Source: an uncultured Gemmatimonadales bacterium
Lineage (GTDB): Bacteria > Gemmatimonadota > Gemmatimonadetes > Longimicrobiales > RSA9
Assembly: GCA_963798085.1 (NCBI GenBank)
Contig: CAWCRS010000002.1
Location: forward strand, 128,001 to 192,000
Direction of reading: 5' to 3'
Length of the DNA: 64,000 bases
Shown: positions 20,500 to 31,117 of the stretch, piece by piece
Position numbering within the stretch: position 1 is the stretch's first letter
Layout: every line of letters starts with the position of its first letter
Notes under the pieces: model-generated
Databases searched by the model: none
Told to the model about the DNA's origin: nothing
The model's input: the letters and a program-made list of their open reading frames with translations, nothing else
Translations under genes and position numbers: made by a program

Positions 20500-21067
20500 A
20501 TGCTAGGGTCCGGTATCCTGTTGGACCCCGTATCCCGGCTCCCCGTGCTCTGGTTCGTTTCCGTCTATTTCCTCACGGTGCTGGTGCTGCCGCTGGCCGT
20601 TGGGGGCGCGGTAACCTACCGCTCGCTCCCGTGCGGCCGAGAATGCCCGCGCTGTCGACACAGCACACTGCTGCTGTCATCGCCACATCTTCCGCCTGCT
20701 CTCCCGCCTGCCTTTCATCGAGCTGCAGCGTCGCTGGTGCCTGGATTGCGGCTGGCTGGGCGCCGTGCGCGTGCCTCGGCCCTCATTGCGCCTGGTGGTG
20801 GAAGGACGTTCCGATCCCACGACGGCTGCGCGCATCATCGACGTGCGCCATCTGCTGGTCGATGGTGTGTGGTGGCGCGTGCGGCTGGAAACGTGGCGCG
20901 CAGGCCGTCAGTGGTATGGGCGACTTCTCTTCGTCGAGCCGTCGGGCCGACTCTGGCCGGACGCGCGGCCGCTGAAGGGTGCCACGGATCGCGAAGTCCT
21001 GCGTCAGGCCCGTCGCCTGCCCGGCGGTCTTCTCGCCTCGCGACTGCGCGAACTGGTTTCACGCTGA
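20500..21067 (+). CDS. Hypothetical protein: TM helix, CxxC...CxxC zinc finger and conserved C-terminal domain; frameshift near 20685
   Basis: Frame 1 TM helix plus CPRC; frame 2 RRWCLDCGW continuing into ORF 20765-21067; C-domain resembles N-domain of 54157-54903. Confidence 0.6.
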
Positions 21068-21522
21068 GCCGCCGCACACGACGCCGCTTCCGCCGCGTTC
21101 TCCAGCAGTACGCGTCGCGACTTGTAGCGCAGTTTGCGCTGCGCATCCGCCAGTGACAGCCACGCGAAGCGACTGGACTCCTCGGAGAGGGTGACTTCGG
21201 TGCGCTTCGCCTCGGCGAGGTAGTACGTCACGCGCTTGCGGATGAAGGTGCGCTCGCTGTCATCCCCCGCAACGAAGCGATAGTCCTCCGCGTGCTCGAA
21301 GCCAGCCACGAGCCGCACGTCTCTGCGTGCGAGTCCCGTCTCCTCTTCCAGCTCGCGCAGTGCTGCCTGCTGCAGGGTTTCGCCGGCATTGAGTCCGCCC
21401 TTGGGGAATTCCCAGAGTGGACGGCGCGTCAGCCGCGAACGCAGCAGCAGGAATCGGCAGCCGTCTGCGGTGCGCTGGAACACGATGACGCCCGCGGAAA
21501 CATCGCGGCGCTCACGCATCAT
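21004..21522 (-). CDS. NUDIX hydrolase (Ap4A hydrolase-like)
   Basis: SAGVIVF, WEFPKG, GETLQQAALRELEEETGL. Confidence 0.9.
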   Translation of the reverse strand: MMRERRDVSAGVIVFQRTADGCRFLLLRSRLTRRPLWEFPKGGLNAGETLQQAALRELEEETGLARRDVRLVAGFEHAEDYRFVAGDDSERTFIRKRVTYYLAEAKRTEVTLSEESSRFAWLSLADAQRKLRYKSRRVLLENAAEAASCAAAQRETSSRSREARRPPGRRRA

Positions 21523-21718
21523 CACGACTCTTCCGACATCGGCAGTGTCTGTTGCAGGGTGGCGAACGCTAGGTCCCGGTGCAACGCACAGCAAGTCCGC
21601 CGGGGCACGCAGTTGACATTCGCCACGGTGCAGGGGAGCTTAGCGGCCGGGGCGATCCTCTACCAACGGAGCACGACAGGGTCCGCATGGCTTGGATGGC
21701 GATACGGCGCAGTGCGTC

Positions 21719-22132
21719 ATGAACCTGACCATGGCAGTGATCTGTGACGAAGCGCGCGAGCGGCCCGATGGCCGCTTCGACATTGTCGGTGTGTACAGTG
21801 AGCTGTCGGCGCCCGGTTTCCCCGCCATACAGGAGCGCATGACAGTGGTGTTCGTCATTGAGTGGGCAGTCGAGGAAGCGGGCACGCAGGTGCTGCGCGC
21901 CGACCTCACCGATGCGGACGGCCAGCGTATTCTCACGATCGAAGGTGAGACGGAAGTCTCCCGCCGCGCCGGCGACCGCCCACCCGCAATGACCCGCATG
22001 ATCATGCCTCTCGAGCAGGTCATCTTCCCGCGTGCCGGCCGTTACCGCTTCGACCTGGTGGCGGGCGGCGATGTGCATCCGGCCTGTTCGCTGTTCGTGG
22101 GCCAGCCGGCCGAATCGGGCCGGGCCCACTGA
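21719..22132 (+). CDS. Conserved hypothetical protein (DUF6941-like, beta-rich)
   Basis: AVICDEA...DGRFDIVGVY...FPA...FPRAGRYRF pattern. Confidence 0.65.
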   Translation: MNLTMAVICDEARERPDGRFDIVGVYSELSAPGFPAIQERMTVVFVIEWAVEEAGTQVLRADLTDADGQRILTIEGETEVSRRAGDRPPAMTRMIMPLEQVIFPRAGRYRFDLVAGGDVHPACSLFVGQPAESGRAH

Positions 22133-22195
22133 CGCGTCGCGGCAGGGCCGCGCGCGTCCGCGTCTGACCAGCACCGCATAACCCCTGGAGTACGC

Positions 22196-23564
22196 ATGAC
22201 CGAGAGTGAGAAGCGACCACGCGTTCCGCTGCACACGAAAATCCTGCTGGGCCTGCTGATCGGCGCCGGCGCCGGTGTGGCCAGCAATCTGCTGTGGCAC
22301 AATTCGCCCCGCCTCAACTGGCTGGTGGACAATGTGGCCACGCCTGCAGGTCAGATCTTTCTGCGCATGCTGTTCATGGTGGTGGTCCCGCTCGTCTTCA
22401 CCACGCTCTCCCTCGGCGTCGCCAACCTGGGCGATATCCGGCGTCTCGGGCGCGTGGGCGGCAAGACGCTGGCCTTCTTCATCATAACAACCGGGTTAGC
22501 CGCCACCATCGGCCTGACCATGTTCAACATCGTCCGGCCCGGCTCGCGGCTGGATCCCGCCGTGCGCGCCGGACTGCTGCAGCAGTATTCGTCGCAGGCC
22601 GAAGTGACCGTCAATGCCGCCGCCAACACCGGGTTCGGCATCAACACGTTCGTCAGCATTGTGCCCAGGAACATTGTGGACGCGGCGGCCAAGGGCGACA
22701 TGCTGGGCCTGATCTTCTTCGCCCTGGTCTTCGGCGTGGCACTCACGCGCGTGCCGAAATCCATGGCGGATCCGGTACTGCGCGTGCTCGAGGGGATCGC
22801 CCAGGCGGTGGTCGAGATCATCGGCTTCGCCATGAAGCTGGCGCCCCTGGGCGTGGCCGGCCTCATCTTCGCCGTCACCGCGCGCTTCGGCTTCGATGTG
22901 CTGCGCTCGCTCGGCGTCTTCGTCGTCATGGTGCTCATCGGCCTCGCCATCCAGCAGTTCGGCGTGATCGCCATCCTGGCAAAGGTGCTGGGCGGCTTCG
23001 GCCCGCGCGAGTTCTACAAACGAATGCGTTACGTCATGATCACGGCGTTCTCCACGTCCAGCTCGAACGCCACGCTGCCCACGTCACTGCGCACTGCGGA
23101 GGAGGAGTTCGGCGTACCGCGCGAGATTGCCGGCTTCGTGATCCCGCTGGGCGCCACCATGAACATGAACGGCACGGCGCTGTTCGAAGGCATGGTCGTG
23201 CTCTTCCTGGCGCAGGTCTTCGGCGTGCACCTCACGCTGGGCTCGCAGATCGTCGTCGTGGCCATGGCCATCATCACCGCGATCGGCGCCGCCGGCGTGC
23301 CCGCCGGCTCGATCCCACTGCTGGTCATGGTGCTCCAGAATGGTCGGTGTGCCCGGCGAAGGCATTGCCCTGGTGCTGGGCGTGGACCGCATCCTCGACA
23401 TGTCGCGCACCGTGCCCAATGTCACAGGCGACGTGTTGACGTCCATCGTCATCGCCCGCTCCGAGGGTTACACGCTCAAGCCCGCGTCCGCACCCGACTT
23501 CTCGAGCGCAGCCGCGGAGGAGGCCGCCGCCCACGAGCACGAATTGCACGCGGGCGGGGATTGA
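22196..23564 (+). CDS. Dicarboxylate/amino acid:cation symporter (DAACS, GltP-like); frameshift near 23339
   Basis: AFSTSSSNATLP, PLGATMNMNGT; second frame GVDRILDMSRTVPNVTGD. Confidence 0.92.
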
Positions 23565-24017
23565 ATGCGCATGGTGTGAAGCACTCGCTGCTTCGAAGCG
23601 GAGGCGGCGTGCAACACGGGAGGCGCGCAATCAGGTGGTTGCGCGCCTCTGCTTTCCGGGTACTCCCACACAGGTTTTCACGCGGAGGCCCGGGGGCGCG
23701 GAGAACGGCGATGCAGCGGGGACGGAGCCGTCAGGACAGGGGGCTACTAACACGGTGTTCGACGGTTGAACGGCAGCGCCACTGCACCACGAGTTCCGCC
23801 AGGCGAAAGATCACCGCAGTCTGAAATACCTCCACCCCACCACCCTGGTCTGACCCTCCGCGTCTCCGCGTGAGCCAGTTCGTTATCCGTTGTCGGTGAT
23901 CGGCCAGCGCCTCGTCTGTCGCCCTGTCAATGGCCTGCCCGTGGCCCTCGATCCCTTGCTCCCTCGATCCGTACTCTGTCATCCGTCCCGGTGCCTCACA
24001 CGCCAGGACCCCGCGCC

Positions 24018-25442
24018 TCAACCGCCGCCCGGCATGGGCGCGCCGCCGGGAATGCCGGGCTCGGTCATGGCGCGCGCGTCCAGCACTTCGTTCAGCTCGG
24101 CTTCGGGCAGTACCTGCTGCTCCAGCGCGACGGCGCGCGCTGTAAGACCGCGTTTGAACGCTTCCTTGGCGATGCTGGCGGCCCTGTCGTAACCGATGCG
24201 CGGGGCGAGTGCCGTGGCCAGTGACAGGTTGCCTTCGAGCAGCTCGCGGCAGCGCTCCTCGTTCACGGTGATGCCCTTCACGCACTTGTCCGCCAGCACG
24301 CGTGCGGCGCTGGCCAGCAGTGCAATGGACTGGAGCAGGCCGCAGGTCATGACGGGCATCATCACGTTCAGCTCGAACCAGCTGCCCACGCCACCCATCG
24401 TGATCATTGCCTGGTTCCCCATCACCTGTGCTGCCACCATGGTGACGGCCTCCGGGATTACGGGATTCACCTTGCCCGGCATGATGCTCGAGCCCGGCTG
24501 AATCGCAGGCAGTGTAATTTCGGCGATGCCCGCGCGCGGGCCGCTGGCCATGAGGCGCAGGTCGTTGGCGATCTTCATGAGCGAGACGGCCAGCGTGTTG
24601 AGCGCGCCGTGCGCGTAGACGATGGTGTCGCGTGTGCCCTGTCGCTCGAAGTGATCGATGGCCTCGCGGAAGCGGATGCCCGTCTCCACGCTGAGTCGCG
24701 CAATGGTGCGGGGCGCGAACTCCGGGTGTGTGTTGATGCCTGTGCCCACGGCCGTGCCGCCCAGGGGCAGTTCCGCCATGTCCGATGCCGCTTCGCCCAG
24801 ACGGCGCATACCCTGCTCGACCTGTGCGGCATAGCCGGCGAATTCCTGGCCCAGGCGCACGGGCGTGGCATCCATCAGGTGGGTGCGGCCCGACTTCACA
24901 ATGCCGTCGAACTGTTTCGCCTTCGCCCGCAGCGCACCGTGCAGCTGGCGCAACGCCGGCAGCAGGTCACGCTCGATGGCCACGCACGCCGCCACCTGCA
25001 TGGCGGTAGGAATCACGTCGTTGGATGACTGGCCCGCGTTCACGTGATCGTTGGGGTGTACGCCTTTCGAGCCCGGCGCGCCGCCGCGCAGCTGGATGGC
25101 GCGATTGGCGATGACTTCGTTGGCGTTCATGTTGGTGGACGTGCCGCTGCCGGTCTGGAAGATGTCGATGGGGAAATGGCGATCCAGGCCGCCATCGATC
25201 ACCTCCTGCGCAGCCGCCAGAATGTCGCGCGCCAGCGCTGCGTCCAGCAGCCCCAGCTCGACGTTGGTCTCGGCGGCCGCCTTCTTGATCATGCCCAGTG
25301 CGGCAATGAAGGCGCGGGGAAAGCGCAGGTCGCTGATCGGGAAATTCTCCACTGCGCGCTGTGTCTGCGCTCCCCAGAGCGCGTCGGCCGGCACCTGCAT
25401 TTCGCCCAGCGAATCCCTTTCCACCCGATAACTCTGTGTCAT
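24018..25442 (-). CDS. fumC: Class II fumarate hydratase
   Basis: QTGSGTSTNMN, HPNDHVN, GRTHLMDATP, GSSIMPGKVNP. Confidence 0.95.
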   Translation of the reverse strand: MTQSYRVERDSLGEMQVPADALWGAQTQRAVENFPISDLRFPRAFIAALGMIKKAAAETNVELGLLDAALARDILAAAQEVIDGGLDRHFPIDIFQTGSGTSTNMNANEVIANRAIQLRGGAPGSKGVHPNDHVNAGQSSNDVIPTAMQVAACVAIERDLLPALRQLHGALRAKAKQFDGIVKSGRTHLMDATPVRLGQEFAGYAAQVEQGMRRLGEAASDMAELPLGGTAVGTGINTHPEFAPRTIARLSVETGIRFREAIDHFERQGTRDTIVYAHGALNTLAVSLMKIANDLRLMASGPRAGIAEITLPAIQPGSSIMPGKVNPVIPEAVTMVAAQVMGNQAMITMGGVGSWFELNVMMPVMTCGLLQSIALLASAARVLADKCVKGITVNEERCRELLEGNLSLATALAPRIGYDRAASIAKEAFKRGLTARAVALEQQVLPEAELNEVLDARAMTEPGIPGGAPMPGGG

Positions 25443-25516
25443 CAGAACCTCGTCGTCGTCTCGAATCCGATGGCGGCGTCCTTTCGTGCCGCCGGTTTCC
25501 TGCTGTCCCCGCTTCC

Positions 25517-26245
25517 TCAGCGCCGCGGCGGGCGCGAGGGGCGCAGCTCAATGCGGCTGGGCAGCGACCGCTCCGGAAACGCCAGCAGATCGAGGACCAC
25601 CTGCGCCACGTCCTCCGGCGCAATGCGCCAGTCATCGCCGGACGCGGTCGTGCTGCCGCCGAATTCCGTCGCCACACTGCCCGGCATGATGTAGCTGACG
25701 CGAATGTCGTCGTAGCGCACGTCCTGCATGAGCGCTTCGCTGAAGCCGATCAGCCCGAACTTGCTGGCGTTGTAGGCGCTCCCGCCGGGGAATGCGTTCT
25801 TCCCCGCGAGACTGCCAATGTTGATGATCCAGGCACTGCCCGCCTGGCGCAGGTGCGGGATGGCGGCGTGTGTGCAGTAGAACGTGCCGCTCAGGTTGGT
25901 CTCGATGATGGAGTCCCAAAGCTCAATGGTCATGTCGGCCACCGGCCGGAACGTGCCCACGCCGGCGTTGTTCACGAGGATGTCGATGCGGCCGAACGCG
26001 TCCGCCGTTGCGGCCACCAGCTGCCGGCACGCGGCGGCATCGCGCACATCGCAGACGACGCCCAGCGCCGCATCACTCCGTCCGCTCTGCTGATTCAGTT
26101 GCGCCGCCGCGGCTTCCACATCCGCCCGCTTGCGCGCGCCGATGGCCACGCGGCCGCCGGCCTCGACGATCGCCCGCGCAATGGCCAGACCAATGCCGCG
26201 ACTGCCCCCTGTGACGATCGCCGCCCTGCCCTCGAGATTCACCAT
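25517..26245 (-). CDS. SDR family oxidoreductase
   Basis: TGGSRGIG, VNNAG, YNASK. Confidence 0.92.
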   Translation of the reverse strand: MVNLEGRAAIVTGGSRGIGLAIARAIVEAGGRVAIGARKRADVEAAAAQLNQQSGRSDAALGVVCDVRDAAACRQLVAATADAFGRIDILVNNAGVGTFRPVADMTIELWDSIIETNLSGTFYCTHAAIPHLRQAGSAWIINIGSLAGKNAFPGGSAYNASKFGLIGFSEALMQDVRYDDIRVSYIMPGSVATEFGGSTTASGDDWRIAPEDVAQVVLDLLAFPERSLPSRIELRPSRPPRR

Positions 26246-26459
26246 GTCTCCCGGCTCGTGGTTACCTTTGCCGGCAGTTTACGCCGCGTCACGCGGGCCC
26301 GCTACTGAGTGGGTGACTCCCATGCGCCGGTGGTTGCGCGGGCGCGAACCTGCCGATCGTTTGGCAATGAGGCGGGTCGTGCGTAGTGTAGTCACGCGGA
26401 TGCGGCCCTGCCGCAACGTGTCCGGCGCCAACCCCAACCGTACTGGCATCGTCGTCTGC

Positions 26460-27188
26460 ATGAACATGGAAGGCAGAGTTGCACTGGTGACCGGTGGCGG
26501 CCGTCGTCTGGGCCGCGCGTTCGCGCTGGGCCTCGCGGGCGAGGGCGCGGACGTCATCGTGCACTACCACCAGTCGCGCACCGGCGCGGACGAGGTGGTG
26601 AGTCACATCACCGCCACTGGCCGGCGAGGACTGGCACTGCAGGCGGATCTGGGCCGCGTGCCTGACGCGCGCGCGCTGATCGAGCAGGCCGTGCTCGCCT
26701 TCGGCCGGCTCGACATCCTGGTCAACAGTGCGGCATCCTTCGAGCGCAAGCCGGTCGCCGAAATCACGGAGCAGGACTGGGACCGCGTACTCGCGCTCAA
26801 TCTCAGAGCGCCCTTCTTCCTGGCCCAGGCGGCCACGGCCGCGCTCGCCGCTAACAGTGGTGTCATCATCAACATTGCCGACCTCTCCGCGCTGCAGGCG
26901 TGGCCCACCTTCGCGCACCACGCCACCTCCAAGGCGGGACTGGTACACCTCACGCGCGTTCTGGCGAGGGCGCTGGCGCCCGCGATCCGTGTCAACGCCA
27001 TTCTTCCGGGCACTGTGCTGCCACCCGGTGATTTCCAGGGCGAAGACTGGGTGGGCGGCCGCGACCGCCACGTCGTCGGCCGCGAGGGCAGGCCGCAGGA
27101 TGTCGTCGACACGCTGCTCTGGCTGGTGCGCAGCGAGTTCGTGACCGGCCAGGCCATTGTCGTGGATGGCGGAAGGATGCTGTTATGA
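26460..27188 (+). CDS. SDR, pteridine reductase (PTR1/FolM)-like
   Basis: TGGGRRLG, VHYHQS, LVNSAASF, RVNAILPG; catalytic YxxxK reads HATSK. Confidence 0.75.
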   Translation: MNMEGRVALVTGGGRRLGRAFALGLAGEGADVIVHYHQSRTGADEVVSHITATGRRGLALQADLGRVPDARALIEQAVLAFGRLDILVNSAASFERKPVAEITEQDWDRVLALNLRAPFFLAQAATAALAANSGVIINIADLSALQAWPTFAHHATSKAGLVHLTRVLARALAPAIRVNAILPGTVLPPGDFQGEDWVGGRDRHVVGREGRPQDVVDTLLWLVRSEFVTGQAIVVDGGRMLL

Positions 27189-28021
27189 CGGGCGTTCGCT
27201 GCCTGGGCCACAGACATCCGGCGCACGCCGCCGTGGTGTTACTGCTCCTGTCGCTCGCGGGCTGTCGCGTGCATTCGCCTGCGACCCGACTGGTGCTGGC
27301 CTCGACGACCTCGACACAGGATTCAGGGCTTTTCGATGAACTGCTGCCCGCGTTCGAGAAGGTCCATCCGGAACAGGACATTGTGGTGGTCGCGGTGGGC
27401 AGTGGCGAAGCGCTCGAGCTGGGGCGGCGTGGCGATGCCGATGTGCTGCTGGTGCACTCACCCGCGGCGGAATCGACCTATGTGGCCGAGGGCCGCGCAC
27501 AGGAACGGCGTCCTGTCATGTACAACGATTTCGTGGTAGTGGGCCCGGCTGCGGATCCGGCGGGCATTCGCGGCATGACGGACGCCGCGGCCGCGCTGCA
27601 GCGCATTGCCGGTGCTGGCGCAACGTTCGTCTCGCGCGGTGATGAGAGCGGCACGCACGCGAAGGAGAGGTCGCTGTGGACAGCGGCGGCGCTATCGCCT
27701 GCCGGCGCCTGGTACATCAATGCCGGTCAGGGCATGGGTGAAGTGCTGAATATCGCCAGCGAGAAGGCGGCGTACACGCTCAGTGACCGGGCGACGTTTC
27801 TCAATCTGCGCGACCGTCTCGCGCTGCAGCTCCTGGTCGAAGGTGACGTGCGGCTGCGCAACCAGTACAGCGTGATCGTGGTGCAGGGTGCGAAGAATGC
27901 GAAAGGCGCTGTGGCCTTCGCCGACTGGCTGACATCGCCGGCCGGCCAGGATTTCATCGGGCACTACGGTGTGGCGCGTTTCGGCAGCGCACTGTTCACG
28001 CCGGACGCCACCGCGCACTGA
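27185..28021 (+). CDS. tupA: Tungstate ABC transporter substrate-binding lipoprotein
   Basis: Lipobox LAGC; ASTTSTQDSGL, GDADVLLVH, MYNDFVVVGP, SRGDESGTH. Confidence 0.85.
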   Translation: MTGVRCLGHRHPAHAAVVLLLLSLAGCRVHSPATRLVLASTTSTQDSGLFDELLPAFEKVHPEQDIVVVAVGSGEALELGRRGDADVLLVHSPAAESTYVAEGRAQERRPVMYNDFVVVGPAADPAGIRGMTDAAAALQRIAGAGATFVSRGDESGTHAKERSLWTAAALSPAGAWYINAGQGMGEVLNIASEKAAYTLSDRATFLNLRDRLALQLLVEGDVRLRNQYSVIVVQGAKNAKGAVAFADWLTSPAGQDFIGHYGVARFGSALFTPDATAH

Positions 28022-28037
28022 CCGCCGCCGCCATCGC

Positions 28038-28775
28038 ATGGACCTGATCATCGCTGCCCTGCGCGAGGCAGTCCACCTGCTGTTCAGCGGTGATCCCTAC
28101 GTCTACGGCATTCTCGCGCTTTCGCTGCGTGTCTCGGGTGCGGCCGTGCTGATCGGCGCGCTGCTGGGCGTTCCCGCCGGTGTGCTGCTGGGCGTGGGCC
28201 GCTTTCCCGGACGCAACCTGCTGGTCACGCTGGTGCACACGGGCTTCGCGCTGCCGCCCACGGCCGTCGGCCTGGTGATATACATGCTGTTATCGCGCAG
28301 CGGGCCGCTGGGTCTGCTCGACCTGCTCTACACGCAGAACGCCATGATCATCGCGCAGGCTGTCATCGCCACACCATACATCGCCGGCATTACGACCGCC
28401 GCCGTACAGGCGGTGCCTCCCGACGCACGGCTGCAGGCGAAGGCGCTGGGCGCTTCGCCGGTGCAGGCGCTGGTCACGCATCTGCGCGAGGCCCGCCTGG
28501 GCATGGGCGCCGCGCTGCTGGCCGGCTTCGGCTCCATCTTCAGTGAAGTGGGCGCGGTGATGATCGTGGGCGGCAATCTGTACGGCCGCACTCGCACCCT
28601 CACCACGGCCATTGTGCTGGAAACGCGGCGAGGCGATTTCGCTATTGCGCTCGCGCTCGGCATCATCGTGCTGGGCACCGCATTCGCCGTGAATCTGCTG
28701 GTCACCCGCCTGCAGCAGCGCCGCACGGGCGCAGCCACCTGGGCGGATCCCGGCATCAGCCGCGTCTGGGCATGA
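28038..28775 (+). CDS. tupB: Tungstate ABC transporter permease
   Basis: LLSRSGPLG, SEVGAVMIVGGN, TRTLTTAIVLET. Confidence 0.85.
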   Translation: MDLIIAALREAVHLLFSGDPYVYGILALSLRVSGAAVLIGALLGVPAGVLLGVGRFPGRNLLVTLVHTGFALPPTAVGLVIYMLLSRSGPLGLLDLLYTQNAMIIAQAVIATPYIAGITTAAVQAVPPDARLQAKALGASPVQALVTHLREARLGMGAALLAGFGSIFSEVGAVMIVGGNLYGRTRTLTTAIVLETRRGDFAIALALGIIVLGTAFAVNLLVTRLQQRRTGAATWADPGISRVWA

Positions 28776-29896
28776 TCGCCTCCGGAAACCCGGACTCGCC
28801 GCCACTGCGCGCGGAACGGCTGCGCCGCCGCTATGGCGGCCGGCTCATTGTCGACGTGGATGCGCTGCACGTGGGCGCAGGTGAAGTGCTGGCCGTGCTC
28901 GGGCCCAACGGCGCGGGCAAGAGCACGCTGTTCCGTCTGCTGCTGCTGCTCGAGCGTGCCGATGAAGGCCTTGTCCGCTTCCACGGCAGAGAGGTGCGCG
29001 CCGGCGATCGTACCGCGATGCGCAGCATGGCCGGCGTATTCCAGCGCGCCTTCGGTTTCGCCGGCACAGTACAGGACAACGTCGCCTACGGGCTGCGGGT
29101 GCGCGGCGTAGCGCGTGCCGAGCGGCGCGCTCGTGCGTTGCACGCGCTGGACTGGCTGGGCGTGCGCCATCTGGCGACGGCGCCCATGTCCGCGCTCTCC
29201 GGCGGCGAGCATCAGCGGGTGGCGCTGGCCAGGGCACTCGTGCTCGAGCCCGCGCTGCTGTTCCTGGACGAGCCGACGTCGAATCTCGACGTGACGGTGC
29301 GCCAGCGCTTCCGCGAGGAGCTGGGGCGCGTGGTGCGCGGGCATGCGGGCGGTGTCGTGCTCATCACGCACGATCCCGGGGACGCCTTCGCGCTGGCCGA
29401 TCGCATTGCCGTGCTGGAAGCCGGTCGCGTCACGCAGACGGGTACGCCGCTCGAGCTGGTGCTCTCGCCCGCATCACCGTTCATCGCCGCATTCACGGGC
29501 GCCGAGCTGCTGCTCAATGGCGAGGTGGCTGAGGTCGAGGATGGCATGGCCAACATCCTGTTTGCCAGCCGCATCACGGCGAGGGCGGCGCTCGCACCGG
29601 GGCAGAGCCTGACGCCTGGGCAGGCGGTGCACGTGGCGTATCGGCCGGAGGATGTGACGCTCACGCTGGCCGACCGCGATGAGGCGACGAGTGCGCGCAA
29701 CCGCTTCGCCGTGCGCGTGGCGGGCATTACGCCGGCGGGCGCGCTGCTGCGCATCCGGCTGGAGGGCCCGGTCTCGCTGGCGGCGCTGATCACGCGGGAA
29801 AGCGCGGCGTTGCTGTCGCTGGAGAACGGTGTGCGCATCGTCGCGCGGCTCAAGGCCAGCGCGCTGCGTGTGTTCGCCGGCGCACGCGCCGGCTGA
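28772..29896 (+). CDS. tupC: Tungstate/molybdate ABC ATPase with C-terminal TOBE domains
   Basis: GPNGAGKST, LSGGE, LDEP; TSARNRF and ALITRES TOBE motifs. Confidence 0.8.
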   Translation: MIASGNPDSPPLRAERLRRRYGGRLIVDVDALHVGAGEVLAVLGPNGAGKSTLFRLLLLLERADEGLVRFHGREVRAGDRTAMRSMAGVFQRAFGFAGTVQDNVAYGLRVRGVARAERRARALHALDWLGVRHLATAPMSALSGGEHQRVALARALVLEPALLFLDEPTSNLDVTVRQRFREELGRVVRGHAGGVVLITHDPGDAFALADRIAVLEAGRVTQTGTPLELVLSPASPFIAAFTGAELLLNGEVAEVEDGMANILFASRITARAALAPGQSLTPGQAVHVAYRPEDVTLTLADRDEATSARNRFAVRVAGITPAGALLRIRLEGPVSLAALITRESAALLSLENGVRIVARLKASALRVFAGARAG

Positions 29897-29910
29897 CGCC
29901 GGCCCCCGGA

Positions 29911-30927
29911 TCATCCTTCCGTGATGGGCGCTTCGGCCGTCTCCAGCACGGGGCTCTCGCCCAGGCCGCGGTGCGCCAGCCAGCGCTCGGCTTCGAGTGC
30001 GGCCATGCAGCCGGTGCCGGCCGCGGTGACGGCCTGACGGTAGTAGTCGTCCATCACATCGCCCGCGGCGAACACACCCTCCACACTGGTCTCCGTGCGC
30101 CACGGGTGCGGCAGCCGGATGTAGCCGTGCGGAGTCAGCTCCAGCTGACCGCGCAGAAATGCCGAGTTGGGCTGGTGGCCGATGGCCACGAACAGCCCGC
30201 CCACTGCGATGTCCTCGTGCTCACCGGTCACCGTGTTCCGCAGGCGCAGGCCCTCGATCTGGTCGTAGCCCAGCACCTCGGTCACGCTGCGGTTCCACAG
30301 CACACGGATGCGCGGGTGCTGCAACACGCGGTTAGACATGATGGGGGAGGCGCGGAACTGGTCGCGCCGGTGAATCACCAGCACCTGGCTGGCGAATTTG
30401 GTGGCGTACAGCGCCTCTTCCATGGCGGTGTCGCCACCGCCCACCACGGCCAGCACCTGGTTGCGGAAGCAGGGCAGCGCCGCGTCGCACACGGCGCAGG
30501 CGGAGACGCCGCCACCGGCCTGCGCCAGCCGCTCCTCGTTGGGCACGCCCAGCCAGCGCGCATTCGCGCCCGTCGCCACGACCACCGCCAGCGCCTCGAC
30601 CGGCTCACCATAACTGGGTGTCAGGCGGAAGGGATGGCTGCTCAGGTCGATGTCGGCGATGTTCTCCGAGACCACGCGCGTGCCGAAGCGCAGCGCCTGG
30701 TTGCGCAGGTGCTCCATCAGCTGGGGCCCGGTGATGCCCGCCGGGAACCCCGGGTAATTCTCGACCTCCGTCGTGATCATGAGCTGCCCGCCGGGCAGCA
30801 TGGTGCCCTGTGGCTCGCCCTCGAACACAATGGGGTGCAGGTTGGCACGGGCCGCGTACAGGGCCGCGGTCCAGCCAGCCGGACCCGACCCGATGATCAC
30901 GATCGTCTCGCGCTTCGATTCCGCCAT
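29911..30927 (-). CDS. trxB: Thioredoxin-disulfide reductase
   Basis: IIGSGPAG, VENYPGF, SACAVCD, GGGDTAMEEA, FAAGDV, YRQAVTAAG. Confidence 0.95.
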   Translation of the reverse strand: MAESKRETIVIIGSGPAGWTAALYAARANLHPIVFEGEPQGTMLPGGQLMITTEVENYPGFPAGITGPQLMEHLRNQALRFGTRVVSENIADIDLSSHPFRLTPSYGEPVEALAVVVATGANARWLGVPNEERLAQAGGGVSACAVCDAALPCFRNQVLAVVGGGDTAMEEALYATKFASQVLVIHRRDQFRASPIMSNRVLQHPRIRVLWNRSVTEVLGYDQIEGLRLRNTVTGEHEDIAVGGLFVAIGHQPNSAFLRGQLELTPHGYIRLPHPWRTETSVEGVFAAGDVMDDYYRQAVTAAGTGCMAALEAERWLAHRGLGESPVLETAEAPITEG

Positions 30928-31117
30928 GACGCCCTCCCCTGTACGAATCCAATGCGGTTCCCGGCGCCCGATCCGACGTTTCCTGCCACCTGCGCGGACC
31001 CGGCTGTACCGCAGCCGCTCAATGCTAACAACCTCTGCAAACCGCCGGCTACCACACTTGGGGGTAGCGGCAGCGCACGCAACGCAATATCTTCGGTAAA
31101 CCTTCGTTACGGAGTCG

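Noticed and set aside
23565..24017. 450-bp gap with a possible 83-aa minus-strand ORF (23731-23982) and a short CCCTCGAT repeat
   Set aside because: No RBS or recognisable motif; may be a decayed remnant but cannot be supported
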